Origin: Eukaryota sp. TZLM1-RC
Taxonomy: Eukaryota > Protista > Metamonada: BaSk clade
Reading direction: 5' to 3'
Length of the DNA stretch: 64,000 bases
Assembly: GCA_040285825.1 (NCBI GenBank)
Contig: JAUPSS010000004.1
Location: 6,105,784 to 6,169,783 of the forward strand
A model generated the notes under the pieces. It was not told the DNA's origin, made no database searches, and saw nothing but the letters and a program-made list of their open reading frames with translations. Shown in pieces: positions 34,750 through 45,358 of the stretch; within the stretch, counting starts at the first letter, position 1; every line of letters begins with the position of its first letter. The translations under genes were made by a program, and so were the position numbers.

Positions 34750-36375
34750 ATGTCATACAAAATTGGTCTCCGACTTAATTTATTTAAATGTGTTTTGTTA
34801 TCGAATTCTCCAGTTTCCACAATAGTTGATGGTATTTGAATTCAAGCCAAATTATATTCAATTGATGCTATTCGTCATTTGGGTTCGTTTTTAGGAAATA
34901 ATGATGAAATTACCAAGAAATTGTTTGAAAATTTGAACTCAATTTCTAACAAACTTGACCGAATGATGAATTTAGATATAAAAAAACACATCAAATTTAC
35001 CATTATAAGACTGTGTTTTAGTTTCATTTTTAATCATATATTTCGATCTACAAATCCTCTTATCACTAGGCCTTTGGCTAAGAAGTTTAATGAATTACGT
35101 GCAAAAGTTCTGTCTCAATTACTGGGATGTAAAATATTTCAAATTCCAGATCATGCTTACCTTAGTCCACATTATGGTGGTTTAGGGTGGACGAAGGCTT
35201 CTATTCTTACCTCGTGTGCTTTTGTTGGTGGATGCAGAAATGCAATCTTTGAGTTTTCCGAAAGATTTGCAGATTGGGAACATTTATTGATGGCAACGCA
35301 AAGTTCCACTGTTTTTGCATTAAATGAAGAAATTTCCAAAATTGATGTAGAAAAATGGGGTCGATGTTTTCCCCAATCATTCAATGGCAATATTCCAGAA
35401 AAAAATGTTTGAAATTTGAAGTACACTCTTTGAACATTACAGAAACGATTGACTGGAATGTATGAAAAAGATCTTTAAATCAATATATGCAGCTCGGCTG
35501 TTTTAAATCAAGATCTTCACTCATTGTTATTGGAAAAGGGTGTTTGTGAAAACAAGTCGTCAGATTCTTCACTTTTAGTAACCATTGTACCACGAAGATT
35601 TGGATTGTGTGCCACTAATGAAGCATTTGTAACAAAAATGAGATTATATTTGAACATCCCCATTAACCAATTATTATCAAAAGAAAAATGTATTTGTACG
35701 AATTCACCTCAACTCACTTTGCACCATGCTCTGAATTGCTCTAAATTGATAACTTATCGTTCTTCATTACATGATGCTGTTAGAGACACTGTTTTCAATA
35801 TGGCACAAACTGCAAGGATATCGTGTATCAAAGAGCCCCTGCTGAAGGAAACACTTTCTCTGAATAATTTTGGTTATGATGATAGAGGTGATGTATACTG
35901 TGATTGGATTGATAATTCTGAAGCTATTGTTGACTTTGTCTCATGTAATGTTGCAAATGATACTTTGGTTCACAGAAGAAAACTTAATCATGTGACTGCT
36001 CTGGATTTTAAAGCAAAAGAGAAACATAAAAAATATGATAAAGATATTGAAGAGGCTAATGTCGATAGAAATACACAGCTGGTTTTATTGCTTTCCCATT
36101 TTCGATAAATGGAAGATTATCAGTTGAAGCAGAAACTTTTTTGAATGACTTCCAAAAAATGGTGCAAGAAAAAACAATGAAAAGATTTGATATTTTTTAT
36201 GGCGTTCACGGATTCAATTTGCCATTATTAATAGATTACCTCGGTTTTTCAATCGAATAAGAGAAGCTTTAGTTAGACAGCAAGCAGATCAAGATTTTGT
36301 AGAGGAAATCTTGGTTCAATGATAGTCGTCCCATTAGTTATGAATTAATTTAATTAAGTGTGCAAATTCAATAAA
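34750..36375 (+). mobile_element. 5'-truncated, frameshifted RLE non-LTR retrotransposon (family D)
   Basis: GLRLNLFKC..HLGSFLG (late RT), LSPHYGGLG, CICT..LHHALNC, HDAVRD, DRGDV, VDF and KEKHKKY; 3' AATAAA. Confidence 0.85.
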
Positions 36376-36614
36376 GACAAACATCTTCAAATCCATATTT
36401 CAAAAAATTGTTGACAATATTTTTAAACTGTATAGTTATTTATTTGTCAATTACCGAATAAAAAATCATCAATTACACAACTAAAGCTCCACATCCTCAA
36501 AACCTGCCTTTCCCACATCGAACCAGTTAATTCCTAAAGATTCAGAAAATTTCCCAAAAGAAGAAAGTGAATGAGAAATTAATTTCACCATTCCCTTAAA
36601 AATAAAAAAGTGCA

Positions 36615-37268
36615 GAGCCGACCATATCCAATATCTTTTTGGCACCAAAGCAATGAAAAATCAATCACTCCGCTTCACTGACCCACTCATCAATAGATGT
36701 TTATGACGTGCAGAAATGGAACCATTACCTGCTTGAAATATCAACTATCGGTGACTATAAGGACTATGAAGCTAATAACGTAAGACGATCATTGCTCAAG
36801 CAGCAATTATATCTGAGTGCTCGAAAAGCATTGAGGAGAAACACATTTGACTTCTTTATAAGAAAACAGAAAAGATTCAGCTCCATTATTAACAAAGTGA
36901 AAAAATTTGCAAACGGTCGAGAAGTAAAAGTGTGGTTTGGCAATGGAGGTGGTGGTACATCACGTCAAAAAGTGAGAACACCATGTAAGGCATTTCTCAA
37001 GTTATTACAATGTTCATTTGCTAATGGGAAGATCGGAGATGAATATATGACATCTGCAAAGGTGAACTGCTGCAAGATGCTACACCAAAAGATCTATTGA
37101 TAATTTGATGGTGAAGTTAAAGTTCACAACGCCTATTTCAGTTGTCCGGAACGTAATCAAGTATGGTCTAGAGACGTTTCCGCATCACTAAATCAGCTAG
37201 AAATTGCAATTAGTGAGTACTACTATGGAACAAGACCAGAAGCGTTCCAGAGACCACAAAGAAACTAG
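36615..37268 (+). pseudogene. Fanzor family B, C-terminal half (5'-truncated)
   Basis: LRRNTFDFFIRKQKR, VKVWFGNG, TPCKAFLKLL, GDEYMTS..CC (RuvC-II), CPE..VWSRDVSASLN (RuvC-III), GTRPEAFQR; stop at 37266-37268. Confidence 0.88.
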
Positions 37269-37451
37269 CTTCAAAGCTACGTATTGTTCTAGAGGAGAAA
37301 TGGGCTCACTGAGATTGATGGCCAATTATTCGAGGATTCTAGAACGTCTGTGGACGATCTCACCAAGGATGAAAGTTCTTGGAATATGTTTGAATGATGC
37401 TGAAAAAAGTATGCATTTCAAATGAAAACCAAGGTGAAAGATCCAAATGCA
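37266..37451 (+). ncRNA. Candidate Fanzor omegaRNA: scaffold 37266-37431 + putative guide 37432-37451
   Basis: Non-coding segment conserved with 54304-54149. It contains several hairpins, including CCAAGGAT-GAAA-GTTCTTGG, and conservation ends after GAAAACCA. Confidence 0.65.
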
Positions 37452-37720
37452 TATCAAAGATTCAAACAAAAAACAAAGAGACTCAAGAATGATTTACGAG
37501 TGGCAAAAAAGAAGCAACAAGATGATGAGGATATTAGAAATCGTGAAGATACAATCAAAGAATTCGAACAAAGATGAATCAGAAAAAGCACAATGTTAAA
37601 CTAGTCCTATGCCATGGACTGCTACACTGTCAAAATAGTGAATGTGGCGTGTATTGGGAAAGGGATGTTAACAGCACTCTAAACATGTACCGGATTACGT
37701 ACTCTGATATTCATGATAAT
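37432..37720 (+). pseudogene. Fanzor family C C-terminal remnant
   Basis: KVKDPNAY... then VKLVLCHGLLHCQNSECGVYWERDVNSTLNMYRI (Zn finger plus RuvC-III RD.N); homologous to 17310-17590 on the minus strand. Confidence 0.8.
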
Positions 37721-37822
37721 TGTAGCAAGGGTACGGCAGCAGTGAGTGTGGGAAATAACATTTAGAGTATTAGTGTTAAGATTTATTGATAAAAACATAC
37801 ATTTTTTGAGTTGAATCTTATT

Positions 37823-39214
37823 ATGTCTTCCTCAAGTGAATCTGATTTTGAAAACGACCCACCAGCCAACGACACCTCAACTGATGAAGATGATGATGCT
37901 ATTCTCCTAGATTCCAAAGTCTCATCTGAAATTCTCTCCACTCTTGCAGCAATTAAATCAAAAGATTCTTCCCTTTTAGATCCTTCCAAGCAATTCTACA
38001 CGCAACCTGATGAAGATCAACTTACCAAGGTCCTCGAAGCGCGTAAGTCTTCTCCTGATAACACTATCACGCTGAAAGATTATGAACATTCAATGTTGCT
38101 TAAAGATCTTCCCGACGAGGAGCAGTTGGATAAGCAACACACGGACAAGATGAACAAGGACACTCAGGAAGAAAAGGAGGCTCTTAGGCAAGCATTAGAG
38201 GATGACTCTGACAGTGAATTATTCGAACAAAAGAGTTTGGTGCCAACTGATCCAGATACTGAAGCAAAAGAAGTAGCAAAAACAGAAGCAAAAGAAGAAA
38301 TGCCGTTAGATATTGTGGATAAAGTTTTTGATGGTACAACTGAGGAAGATCAATTTTTAAAAGATTATATCTTGAATGAAAAATGGAAAGGTAATGTTAA
38401 TATTAATGATCAAGTTTTTGATGAAGTCGAAAAAGATTATCAAGATGTGGCTGTTGAAAATGATTTCGAGGAGGATTTTAATTTCAGATTTGAAGATCAA
38501 ATAGTTGGACATTCCAGAATTATAGAGGGGTCAGTTAGATCTACGAAGAGCAAAAGAGCAAGGCAAAGAGAGGCGAAGAGGGAGAGAAAACGAGCATTGG
38601 AGGAGCAAAATGTCAAGACAACTAAGGACGCAAAAGTTGAAAAAAGGAAGGAATTGATGGCAAAGTTGACTGCTTTGGAAGGGATTTTGGGAATTGTTTT
38701 TAATAATGAAGTCGTCGAGACTCCTGAAGACTTTTTGGATGGGGAATTTGATGATGAAAAATTTGACGACTTTGTTGAAGAAAATTTTGAAAAATTTGGT
38801 AATAATTTTGATGATCTTGAGTCTGAAGTACGCTCCCGTTTAGGTACCATAAAGGAAACCTTTAATAATCAAACCAATCAATCAGATCTGATTGATGAGG
38901 AAGAATTGATTCGTAAAGAAGTAGAAATAGAACGTCTTCTAGATGACTACCTTTCCTTGGACTATGAAGATGTGGTTGGTGATGTTAAGTGTAGATTCAA
39001 GTACAAAAACGTTGATGCTGAGGATTTTGGTTTGGATGTATTGGACATTCTAAATACTCCTGATTCAGAATTAAACAAAACTGTTGGGTTAAAGTTACTT
39101 GCTCCTTATAGGGAAAAGAAAGAAGGGAAATCTTTAAAAAGAGCAGGAGTTGAAAGGGGAAAAAGACGCAGTTTTGGCAGGTATTCAAGTTCAAAGAAGA
39201 GGAGTAGAATATAG
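37823..39214 (+). CDS. KRI1: KRI1 40S ribosome biogenesis factor
   Basis: ILSTLAAIKSKD, FLKDYILNEKW, FEEDFNFRFE and YEDVVGDVKCRFKY..FGL..IL..PD.ELN..VGLKLLAPYR motifs of the KRI1 family; ATG at 37823. Confidence 0.92.
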   Translation: MSSSSESDFENDPPANDTSTDEDDDAILLDSKVSSEILSTLAAIKSKDSSLLDPSKQFYTQPDEDQLTKVLEARKSSPDNTITLKDYEHSMLLKDLPDEEQLDKQHTDKMNKDTQEEKEALRQALEDDSDSELFEQKSLVPTDPDTEAKEVAKTEAKEEMPLDIVDKVFDGTTEEDQFLKDYILNEKWKGNVNINDQVFDEVEKDYQDVAVENDFEEDFNFRFEDQIVGHSRIIEGSVRSTKSKRARQREAKRERKRALEEQNVKTTKDAKVEKRKELMAKLTALEGILGIVFNNEVVETPEDFLDGEFDDEKFDDFVEENFEKFGNNFDDLESEVRSRLGTIKETFNNQTNQSDLIDEEELIRKEVEIERLLDDYLSLDYEDVVGDVKCRFKYKNVDAEDFGLDVLDILNTPDSELNKTVGLKLLAPYREKKEGKSLKRAGVERGKRRSFGRYSSSKKRSRI

Positions 39215-39597
39215 TTTATTATTTATTTATTATTAGTTTGCCATTTAGTTCTATTTATATCTAAAGTAGTTTTTGTTTTTGTTTTTTCAAATATGTTTTT
39301 TTAATTCAATGAAGTTTCAATGTGGAAATCAAATAATGAAAATAAGATTCAAGAGAATGCATTAATCTTTGCAAAATTGATTCTTTATAAGGAGCCACAT
39401 TGATTCCATCAAAATTATATCATGAACCAGAAATCCCAATTTGAAATTCACAAACCTTAAAACTTCAAATGATAAGCTCATAAATTCAATCAATTGATCA
39501 ATCAATAGTTAATCAATCAACATTATTGACCCTTTCTGCTTAAATGCAAATGATTTCACACAACACACGTTTATCAATCCTAACTCTAACCTTAACC

Positions 39598-40119
39598 CTA
39601 GCCCATTCTGACCCTATCATAACGAAGTCTTTGCTGGGGATCTTTAAGTAATTTGTACGCATTGTTAATAGAGGCCCAACGTTCCTCACATTTTGACCTT
39701 GACTTTGAGATACATTTGTCTGGATGTTCTGTCCTGGAAAGCTTCTTGTATGCCTTCCTTATTTCCTGCTCAGAAGCACTGCTAGAAACACCTAATATGG
39801 AATAATGTGATTGTTCAGAAGCACTTCCGTCAAGGAAAAAACTCAAAATGGGCACCAACACAGTTGACAATAGTAATGCGTAAATGAAGAACTTACCAAT
39901 AAAACCTGCAAATTTGCCCAGAGTCGAAGGCTGAAGAGCTTCATTAAAGATTTCAAAGTCATCAAAATCATTGCTTGTAGAAAAAGAATCGTTATCATTA
40001 TCACTGCAGCTTGAGCAACTGCATGAAGACGAAAGACCTGTGCCTATGGTGTTACAATATTGAAGGTATTCATCTTGAGCCAAGAAGAAACTATCTACTT
40101 GCTCAGGAGTTGTATTCAT
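39598..40119 (-). CDS. Membrane-anchored DnaJ/Hsp40 J-domain protein
   Basis: TM helix, then HYSILGV..EIRKAYKKLS..HPDK..INNAYKLLKDP..R..YD. Confidence 0.88.
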   Translation of the reverse strand: MNTTPEQVDSFFLAQDEYLQYCNTIGTGLSSSCSCSSCSDNDNDSFSTSNDFDDFEIFNEALQPSTLGKFAGFIGKFFIYALLLSTVLVPILSFFLDGSASEQSHYSILGVSSSASEQEIRKAYKKLSRTEHPDKCISKSRSKCEERWASINNAYKLLKDPQQRLRYDRVRMG

Positions 40120-40194
40120 TGAATGGAATCTGATGAAAAGTGAGAAGTGAATTAATAGTATTTGGGGTGAAAAAAGACTTGACAAAGTGGAATT

Positions 40195-40360
40195 TATTTC
40201 AATTTACCATTATCAATAGATTACCTCGGTCTTTCAATCGAATTAGAGAAGCTTTAGCTAGACAGCAAGCAGATTAAGATTTTGTAGAGGAAATTTTGGT
40301 TCAATGATAGTTGTCCAATTAGTTATGAATTAATTTTATTAAGTGTGCATGATCAATAAA
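40195..40360 (+). mobile_element. 3'-terminal fragment of non-LTR family D
   Basis: Near-identical to ~36215-36373. Confidence 0.85.
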
Positions 40361-40620
40361 TATTTCCATTTCGATTTCCACATTCTAATAAGCTGATTCC
40401 ATTTCCATTTTTCTCTGCAAATGGAAATGGAGATGGAAGAAATAAAAATTCATTCCACAATGCCAACTCTAGGTGAAACCACAGTTTAAAATCACTCAGG
40501 TGGTTCAACACTTTCACCTGATGAAACAGTCAGAGCACCAGGAGGCATTGGGTGGTTGAAATTTCAAACACTGGGTGAAACACTATCACTTATTCTGACA
40601 TCCACAATTGGCAATTGCTA
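40360..40620. repeat. MITE-like remnants (TTTCCA/TGGAAA and GGTGAAAC motif clusters)
   Basis: Short motifs repeated in both orientations; TAGAGTTGGCA-like end on the minus strand at ~40471. Confidence 0.3.
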
Positions 40621-41149
40621 ATTGCAAACTTACTCACACCTGCGAGCTTGGTTTTCACCAAATGCTTTTTTGAACTGTTGTTATTGATTTTACAACTTCC
40701 TCTATTACAAGCTAATAAAAGATGAAATGTACTTCAATAGGTATAGAATTTGAAATTGTGTGCCCTCAAAACAATATCAACACTTTCGAAACAAACAGAT
40801 CATTTCGTTTTAATTCTGGTTTCAGTAATCACCAATACGAAAAATCGTTTTGTTTCCAAAATTGAATACATTTAATGTCTCAAGTAGAGCTATCATCTTC
40901 CATTTTGACATTTTTTCAAATCTGACAATTAAAGAAATGGTTCAATCTCTATCATCGTATATCCAGATATTACCAAAATTATTAACCGAAATATATATTG
41001 TGAAAGAGCAGTGATGTTGTTCATCTTCCCATATCGGTTGTGCATTAAGCATCTGAAATAAACCAATATTTTAGTTTCCAAAATATCACATAGCAAAACT
41101 CTGTAACTTCATATCCGACAATACCCAACAGCAATTGGCTGTAAGCTTC

Positions 41150-41950
41150 TCTATCATGCAAGAGTCCATGAGGTAATAAATGAGATGATAATAAGGGAAC
41201 TACACCATTAAAAATTGCATTTAAGAAGAATGTAAAAGGACAATGCACATAGTCAATGTGAGATTCTTGTATTTTGTCTGTGTTAATTATTTAAAAGAAT
41301 CACTAGACACATCAGTCGATCTCACATCAGTATTGATGGTCGTTCCTTCAAAACCTTCAAGCATTAAATCCCTTCTATTTCGACCAAAAGAATTCAAAGT
41401 AATTTCATCAACCAAACCAGAGAGCAATGGTTCTCAAAAAATTCTATGTTAAGGCGTTGGGTTCTTACTGCATCCTGAATTTTTGATCGGAAAGCAATAC
41501 AATGCTCACAATTGAATAAATGATTGGAAATGATTTTTGACTCCACATTTACGTTGGATATTTAACAAAAACGTTGATACGCCAAATAAAACAGCGCAAA
41601 CGCATTCTACATGCAAACACAGTATAATCTACAAGTAAACCATAGATTTGGGAATTTTGAGTAATTCAACATGAAGAGGGATTGTTTAGAGTGTCCTACA
41701 AAAAATTAGCCAAAGCGGCATTATCGTTTTTAGTCGAGCCAACAACGAATATTAAAATTCAAGTCTTTACAAAATGTCATTAAATTTTCACTAATTTATG
41801 TGAATATTGAGAGATGTTGTCCTTAACATGTGAGTCATTTTGCCTGGGTAACAAATCTTTAAAATAAACAACACCAGATGTTTCTCGATTTTGAATGTAG
41901 AAATAAAAATTGATACTTTATTTGAAATGTTGTTCATTATTTAATTCTAA
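41150..41950 (-). mobile_element. Heavily decayed RLE non-LTR fragment (family E)
   Basis: KICYPGKMTHMLRT, QIYGLL..RMRLRCFIW, NHLFNCEH..FRS..DAVR, and EPLLSGL..SFGRNRRDL..DVRSTDV. Confidence 0.75.
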
Positions 41951-42312
41951 ATTTTGCTAAAAATTCGTGAACACCCTTGGAGTCATACAATCAATACGAG
42001 GTTTACGGACATTATTAGTTGGTAATTGTAGAAGCATTTCAAGTGAATAACCCAAATGATCAACATATTGTTTAATTTTTGTTGTTCAAATGTAGTTGTT
42101 AATCTATAGTCTCCTAAGACATTCTACTCAAATATTTTCAATCAAAGCACATGCTGATTGTGCAAAAGGTAATTGTGGTGGTCAAACGTGGAGCTACAAC
42201 CATGATGTACATTGAAAAATCGTTAACATTGCCAATTTTGGCCGATATGTACAGTTACCAGTGGTGTTGGGTAGTAAATGAAAACCCAATACTGATGGTC
42301 TTTGCTCGTTAA

Positions 42313-42439
42313 TGTTAGACATACAGTAGATATGTAATGAGATTTATTACGAAGAGGAATTGCATTCTCTCTTCTTAAACTAATAGGCGGAATACTAATT
42401 AACTAACTAAATAACTATAAACACTATTCAAGACTAACA
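42313..42439. repeat. Solo-LTR-like element (TGTTAG...CTAACA)
   Basis: TG..CA ends with 6-bp inverted termini; related to 29616-29785. Confidence 0.4.
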
Positions 42440-42769
42440 ATACCAATTTATTGCAGCACAATATTTCCTATTCCTAAATATGGACAATGAACATGATCCA
42501 CATCCAATCCATGACCATAAAAATGATGAATTTTCGTATGTTGGGCTATCTGCCTGCTTTACATTGAGCACATTACAAGTCCAGTAATTGTAATTTGAAT
42601 TTCAATCAATATGATACTAATTTTGATATAGGCTCTAGCTGAGATCCAAGTCAATCAGATTCCGTGGTTGATAAGTCTCTGCAATTGAGCCCTACCAAAC
42701 AGAACTTCTGTTTCGCTGCCAGAACTAGAAATTACTTCTCAAAAACGGAAAGTGATATCTCATCAATCA

Positions 42770-45358
42770 ATGGGCTCCTTTATTGAACAGTGCTTCGAAA
42801 AGCTCGGCAAGGCTTCAAATGAACATCCTAAGCTCTTCATTTTCATAGGTTTAACTCTTATTCTTGTTTTCTCTCCTTTCCAAGGCAGAATTTCTGAAGT
42901 CACCGACACTAACGATTTATGGGTTCCTGCAAAGTCCCGTGCAATGGAGGAGCACCAACTTTTCCAATCTACATTCACTCAAACCGTTCAATTTGAGGAT
43001 GATGAACTCTCTATAGTTTCTCCGCTCATGAATGACTTACTTCTTGTTTCCAAAAATGCACTCACCGTGTCAACTATTGTAGATCACATCAAATTGTATG
43101 AAGATCTGATTTCAATGAAGGATCTTTCTTCTCTTTGTTACCGGCCGCGTCCCATTGATAGTTGTCTCGTCAATTCTTTTGTTCCATATTTTTCTGGCTC
43201 AGATTTATCCTCCCTTACTGATGATGATGTTGTTTCTACAATCAGAAGCGCTCTCGCTGATGAACCCTCTCTCGCTGCTTTATTAGGAAAACCACAGTTC
43301 TCTGAGGATGGCATCATTGAAGCCTCCGCCATGTCATTGAAGTTTTACACCATTCCAGTAGAGGAGACCAAGGTTTTTGAAGAGAAATTTGTGGAAGAGT
43401 TGAATTCAATTCAACTAAATTCTGAATTTTATTTTCTACTGGGAAATTCTTTCAATGCGGAAGCTGGTAGAGCTTTTGGTAAAGATTTATGGCTACTTGT
43501 AGTTGGAATTAGTCTTTCAGCTGTATTTATCTTTATTCTCTTCATTGAAAAGGGTAAGATAAGAAAGCTCCTCCCCTTTGTTTCCTTGTTTGTTCCTTTT
43601 TTAGCTTATTCAACCGGTCGAGGTATTCTTGGTTTGTTCAACTTCCAAACAGGTCAAGTTAATCGATTCATTCCCTTTTTGCTACTGGGAATTAGTGCCG
43701 ATGATGTATTTGTCATATTTAATACCAGAAAACGAATGATTCAGCGCAGAGTGGAGAATCTTCCCCAAGCCACTTTGGCCAAGGCCGGCAGTGCCATTTT
43801 TCTAACCACTATTACAAACGTTATTGCAGTATCAACTGCTGCAACCTCTTCTTTGTTTTCACTTCGTTCCTTTGCTTACGAAGGTGCTGTTTGTATTTCT
43901 ATTTTGTTTGTGTTACAAATCTTGATTATTGTTCCCATTGTAAATAAGGACAAAGGATCTACAAAAAATGTTAATGAAATCTCCACTCTGAATGTCACAC
44001 CGCCTAAAGCAGGATACAGAGCAATTCTTTTGTCTTTTGTTTTACTAATCTTGATATTTTCAGTTTTTGGCATTTCCCAAATGGAACAAGAATTTGAGTT
44101 GACTGATCTAACGCCTCCCGATAGCTACATTCGTGATTATTTCAAGCAGCTCTCCGTTCACTTTCCAGTAAGTGTCGGGTTCTTAGTCTTGGATGACAAG
44201 GCAGTTGCTCAGTGGTCACAGATAGAAAGTGCCGCTTCTAATGTAGATATCACAATCACAAACAACAATTGGGTGAGCAGTTATCCTCATTCATTGGAAC
44301 CAATCAATTTTGATGAACTTTCTGATTGGTTACAAGGTGGTGGTTTACATTTCCAAAATGATGTTGTCATTGAAAATGACTCCTTTCTCAGTAAGGTTTC
44401 TATTCAGTTCGAAGCCTTGGGATCTCCCACAGAGCAGATTCAGCTCGTTGACAAGTTTAGGGCTGCTTTTGATGACTTTACTGGAACTATTTTCGTTTAC
44501 TCTCCTTCCCTTCCGTTTATAGAACAATTTAGGGTTTTGTTCTCAGAAGCTGCCCAGACGCTTATTCTTTCTTTAACTGCTATCTTTATGGTTACGTTTT
44601 TGGTTATTAAAAGCTTCAAAATGGCATTATTCTGTTTTGTTGGTGTTCTGATCATCTTAACAAATGTATTGGGTGTTCTCGCGATCTTTTCCATTCCTTT
44701 CAGTTCCATTGTAGTTACTGGTCTCTGTTTGTCATGTGGTATATCCATCGATTATTTCATCCACATTTGTGAGTCTTTCTCTGCTGCCAAGGGAGGAGTG
44801 GAATATAGAGCAAGAAAAGCTGTTTGGTTACTTAAGAAAGCTATTCTGTCAGGAGCCATTTCTACTTTTGCTGCTGTTGTTCCACTTGCGTTTTCAAGTA
44901 CTTCTGTTTTCAGAGTTTTCTGTGTGATGTTTATTTCCACAGTGATTTTGGCTTTTGTATATGCACTGTTTATTGCACCCCAGTTTTTACCCGTTTTTTT
45001 CCGTCCTGGCACTGGGGAGAACGCTACTGTTGGTTCAATGACCAATGTCTTACCTGTGGATTATTTCCCTGATGACTCTCACAGCAGCAGCAACACCACT
45101 CAACTTGGAACTGAACCTTTCTCATTGAATTCAGAGTTTGTTGATCGACAAGTTGATGAGGCAAGTAGTGATGAGAATGCTGATAAAGAGGAAACGAAAG
45201 TTGATGAGAATGAAGCACAGGATGAAGTCACTGTTTTATCTGCAGTTAGGTCCACTATTAAACGTACAGAAAGCTTATGTGAGAATGACGAACCAGATGA
45301 ATCAACTGACGGGTCCGTTTCAAGTGATACCAGTTCTAAAAGTAGAGTTATTTCATAG
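42770..45358 (+). CDS. Patched-related / NPC1-like sterol-sensing RND membrane protein
   Basis: LWVPAKSRA, PFLLLGISADDVFV (GxxxDD), AGSAIFLTTITN, PPDSY, GISIDYFIH and LAFSSTSVFRVF; ~12 TMs; ATG at 42770. Confidence 0.9.
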   Translation: MGSFIEQCFEKLGKASNEHPKLFIFIGLTLILVFSPFQGRISEVTDTNDLWVPAKSRAMEEHQLFQSTFTQTVQFEDDELSIVSPLMNDLLLVSKNALTVSTIVDHIKLYEDLISMKDLSSLCYRPRPIDSCLVNSFVPYFSGSDLSSLTDDDVVSTIRSALADEPSLAALLGKPQFSEDGIIEASAMSLKFYTIPVEETKVFEEKFVEELNSIQLNSEFYFLLGNSFNAEAGRAFGKDLWLLVVGISLSAVFIFILFIEKGKIRKLLPFVSLFVPFLAYSTGRGILGLFNFQTGQVNRFIPFLLLGISADDVFVIFNTRKRMIQRRVENLPQATLAKAGSAIFLTTITNVIAVSTAATSSLFSLRSFAYEGAVCISILFVLQILIIVPIVNKDKGSTKNVNEISTLNVTPPKAGYRAILLSFVLLILIFSVFGISQMEQEFELTDLTPPDSYIRDYFKQLSVHFPVSVGFLVLDDKAVAQWSQIESAASNVDITITNNNWVSSYPHSLEPINFDELSDWLQGGGLHFQNDVVIENDSFLSKVSIQFEALGSPTEQIQLVDKFRAAFDDFTGTIFVYSPSLPFIEQFRVLFSEAAQTLILSLTAIFMVTFLVIKSFKMALFCFVGVLIILTNVLGVLAIFSIPFSSIVVTGLCLSCGISIDYFIHICESFSAAKGGVEYRARKAVWLLKKAILSGAISTFAAVVPLAFSSTSVFRVFCVMFISTVILAFVYALFIAPQFLPVFFRPGTGENATVGSMTNVLPVDYFPDDSHSSSNTTQLGTEPFSLNSEFVDRQVDEASSDENADKEETKVDENEAQDEVTVLSAVRSTIKRTESLCENDEPDESTDGSVSSDTSSKSRVIS

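Noticed and set aside
37204-37425. ORF 37204..37425 (ETSFKATYC) as a second Fanzor RuvC-II/Zn motif
   Set aside because: Lacks the conserved Cys pattern and context, and the region's hairpins and sharp shared boundary fit an RNA better; not fully excluded.
41150-41330. KDZ/CxC transposase remnant
   Set aside because: Better explained as the C-terminal RLE region of a non-LTR element, collinear with family A motifs.
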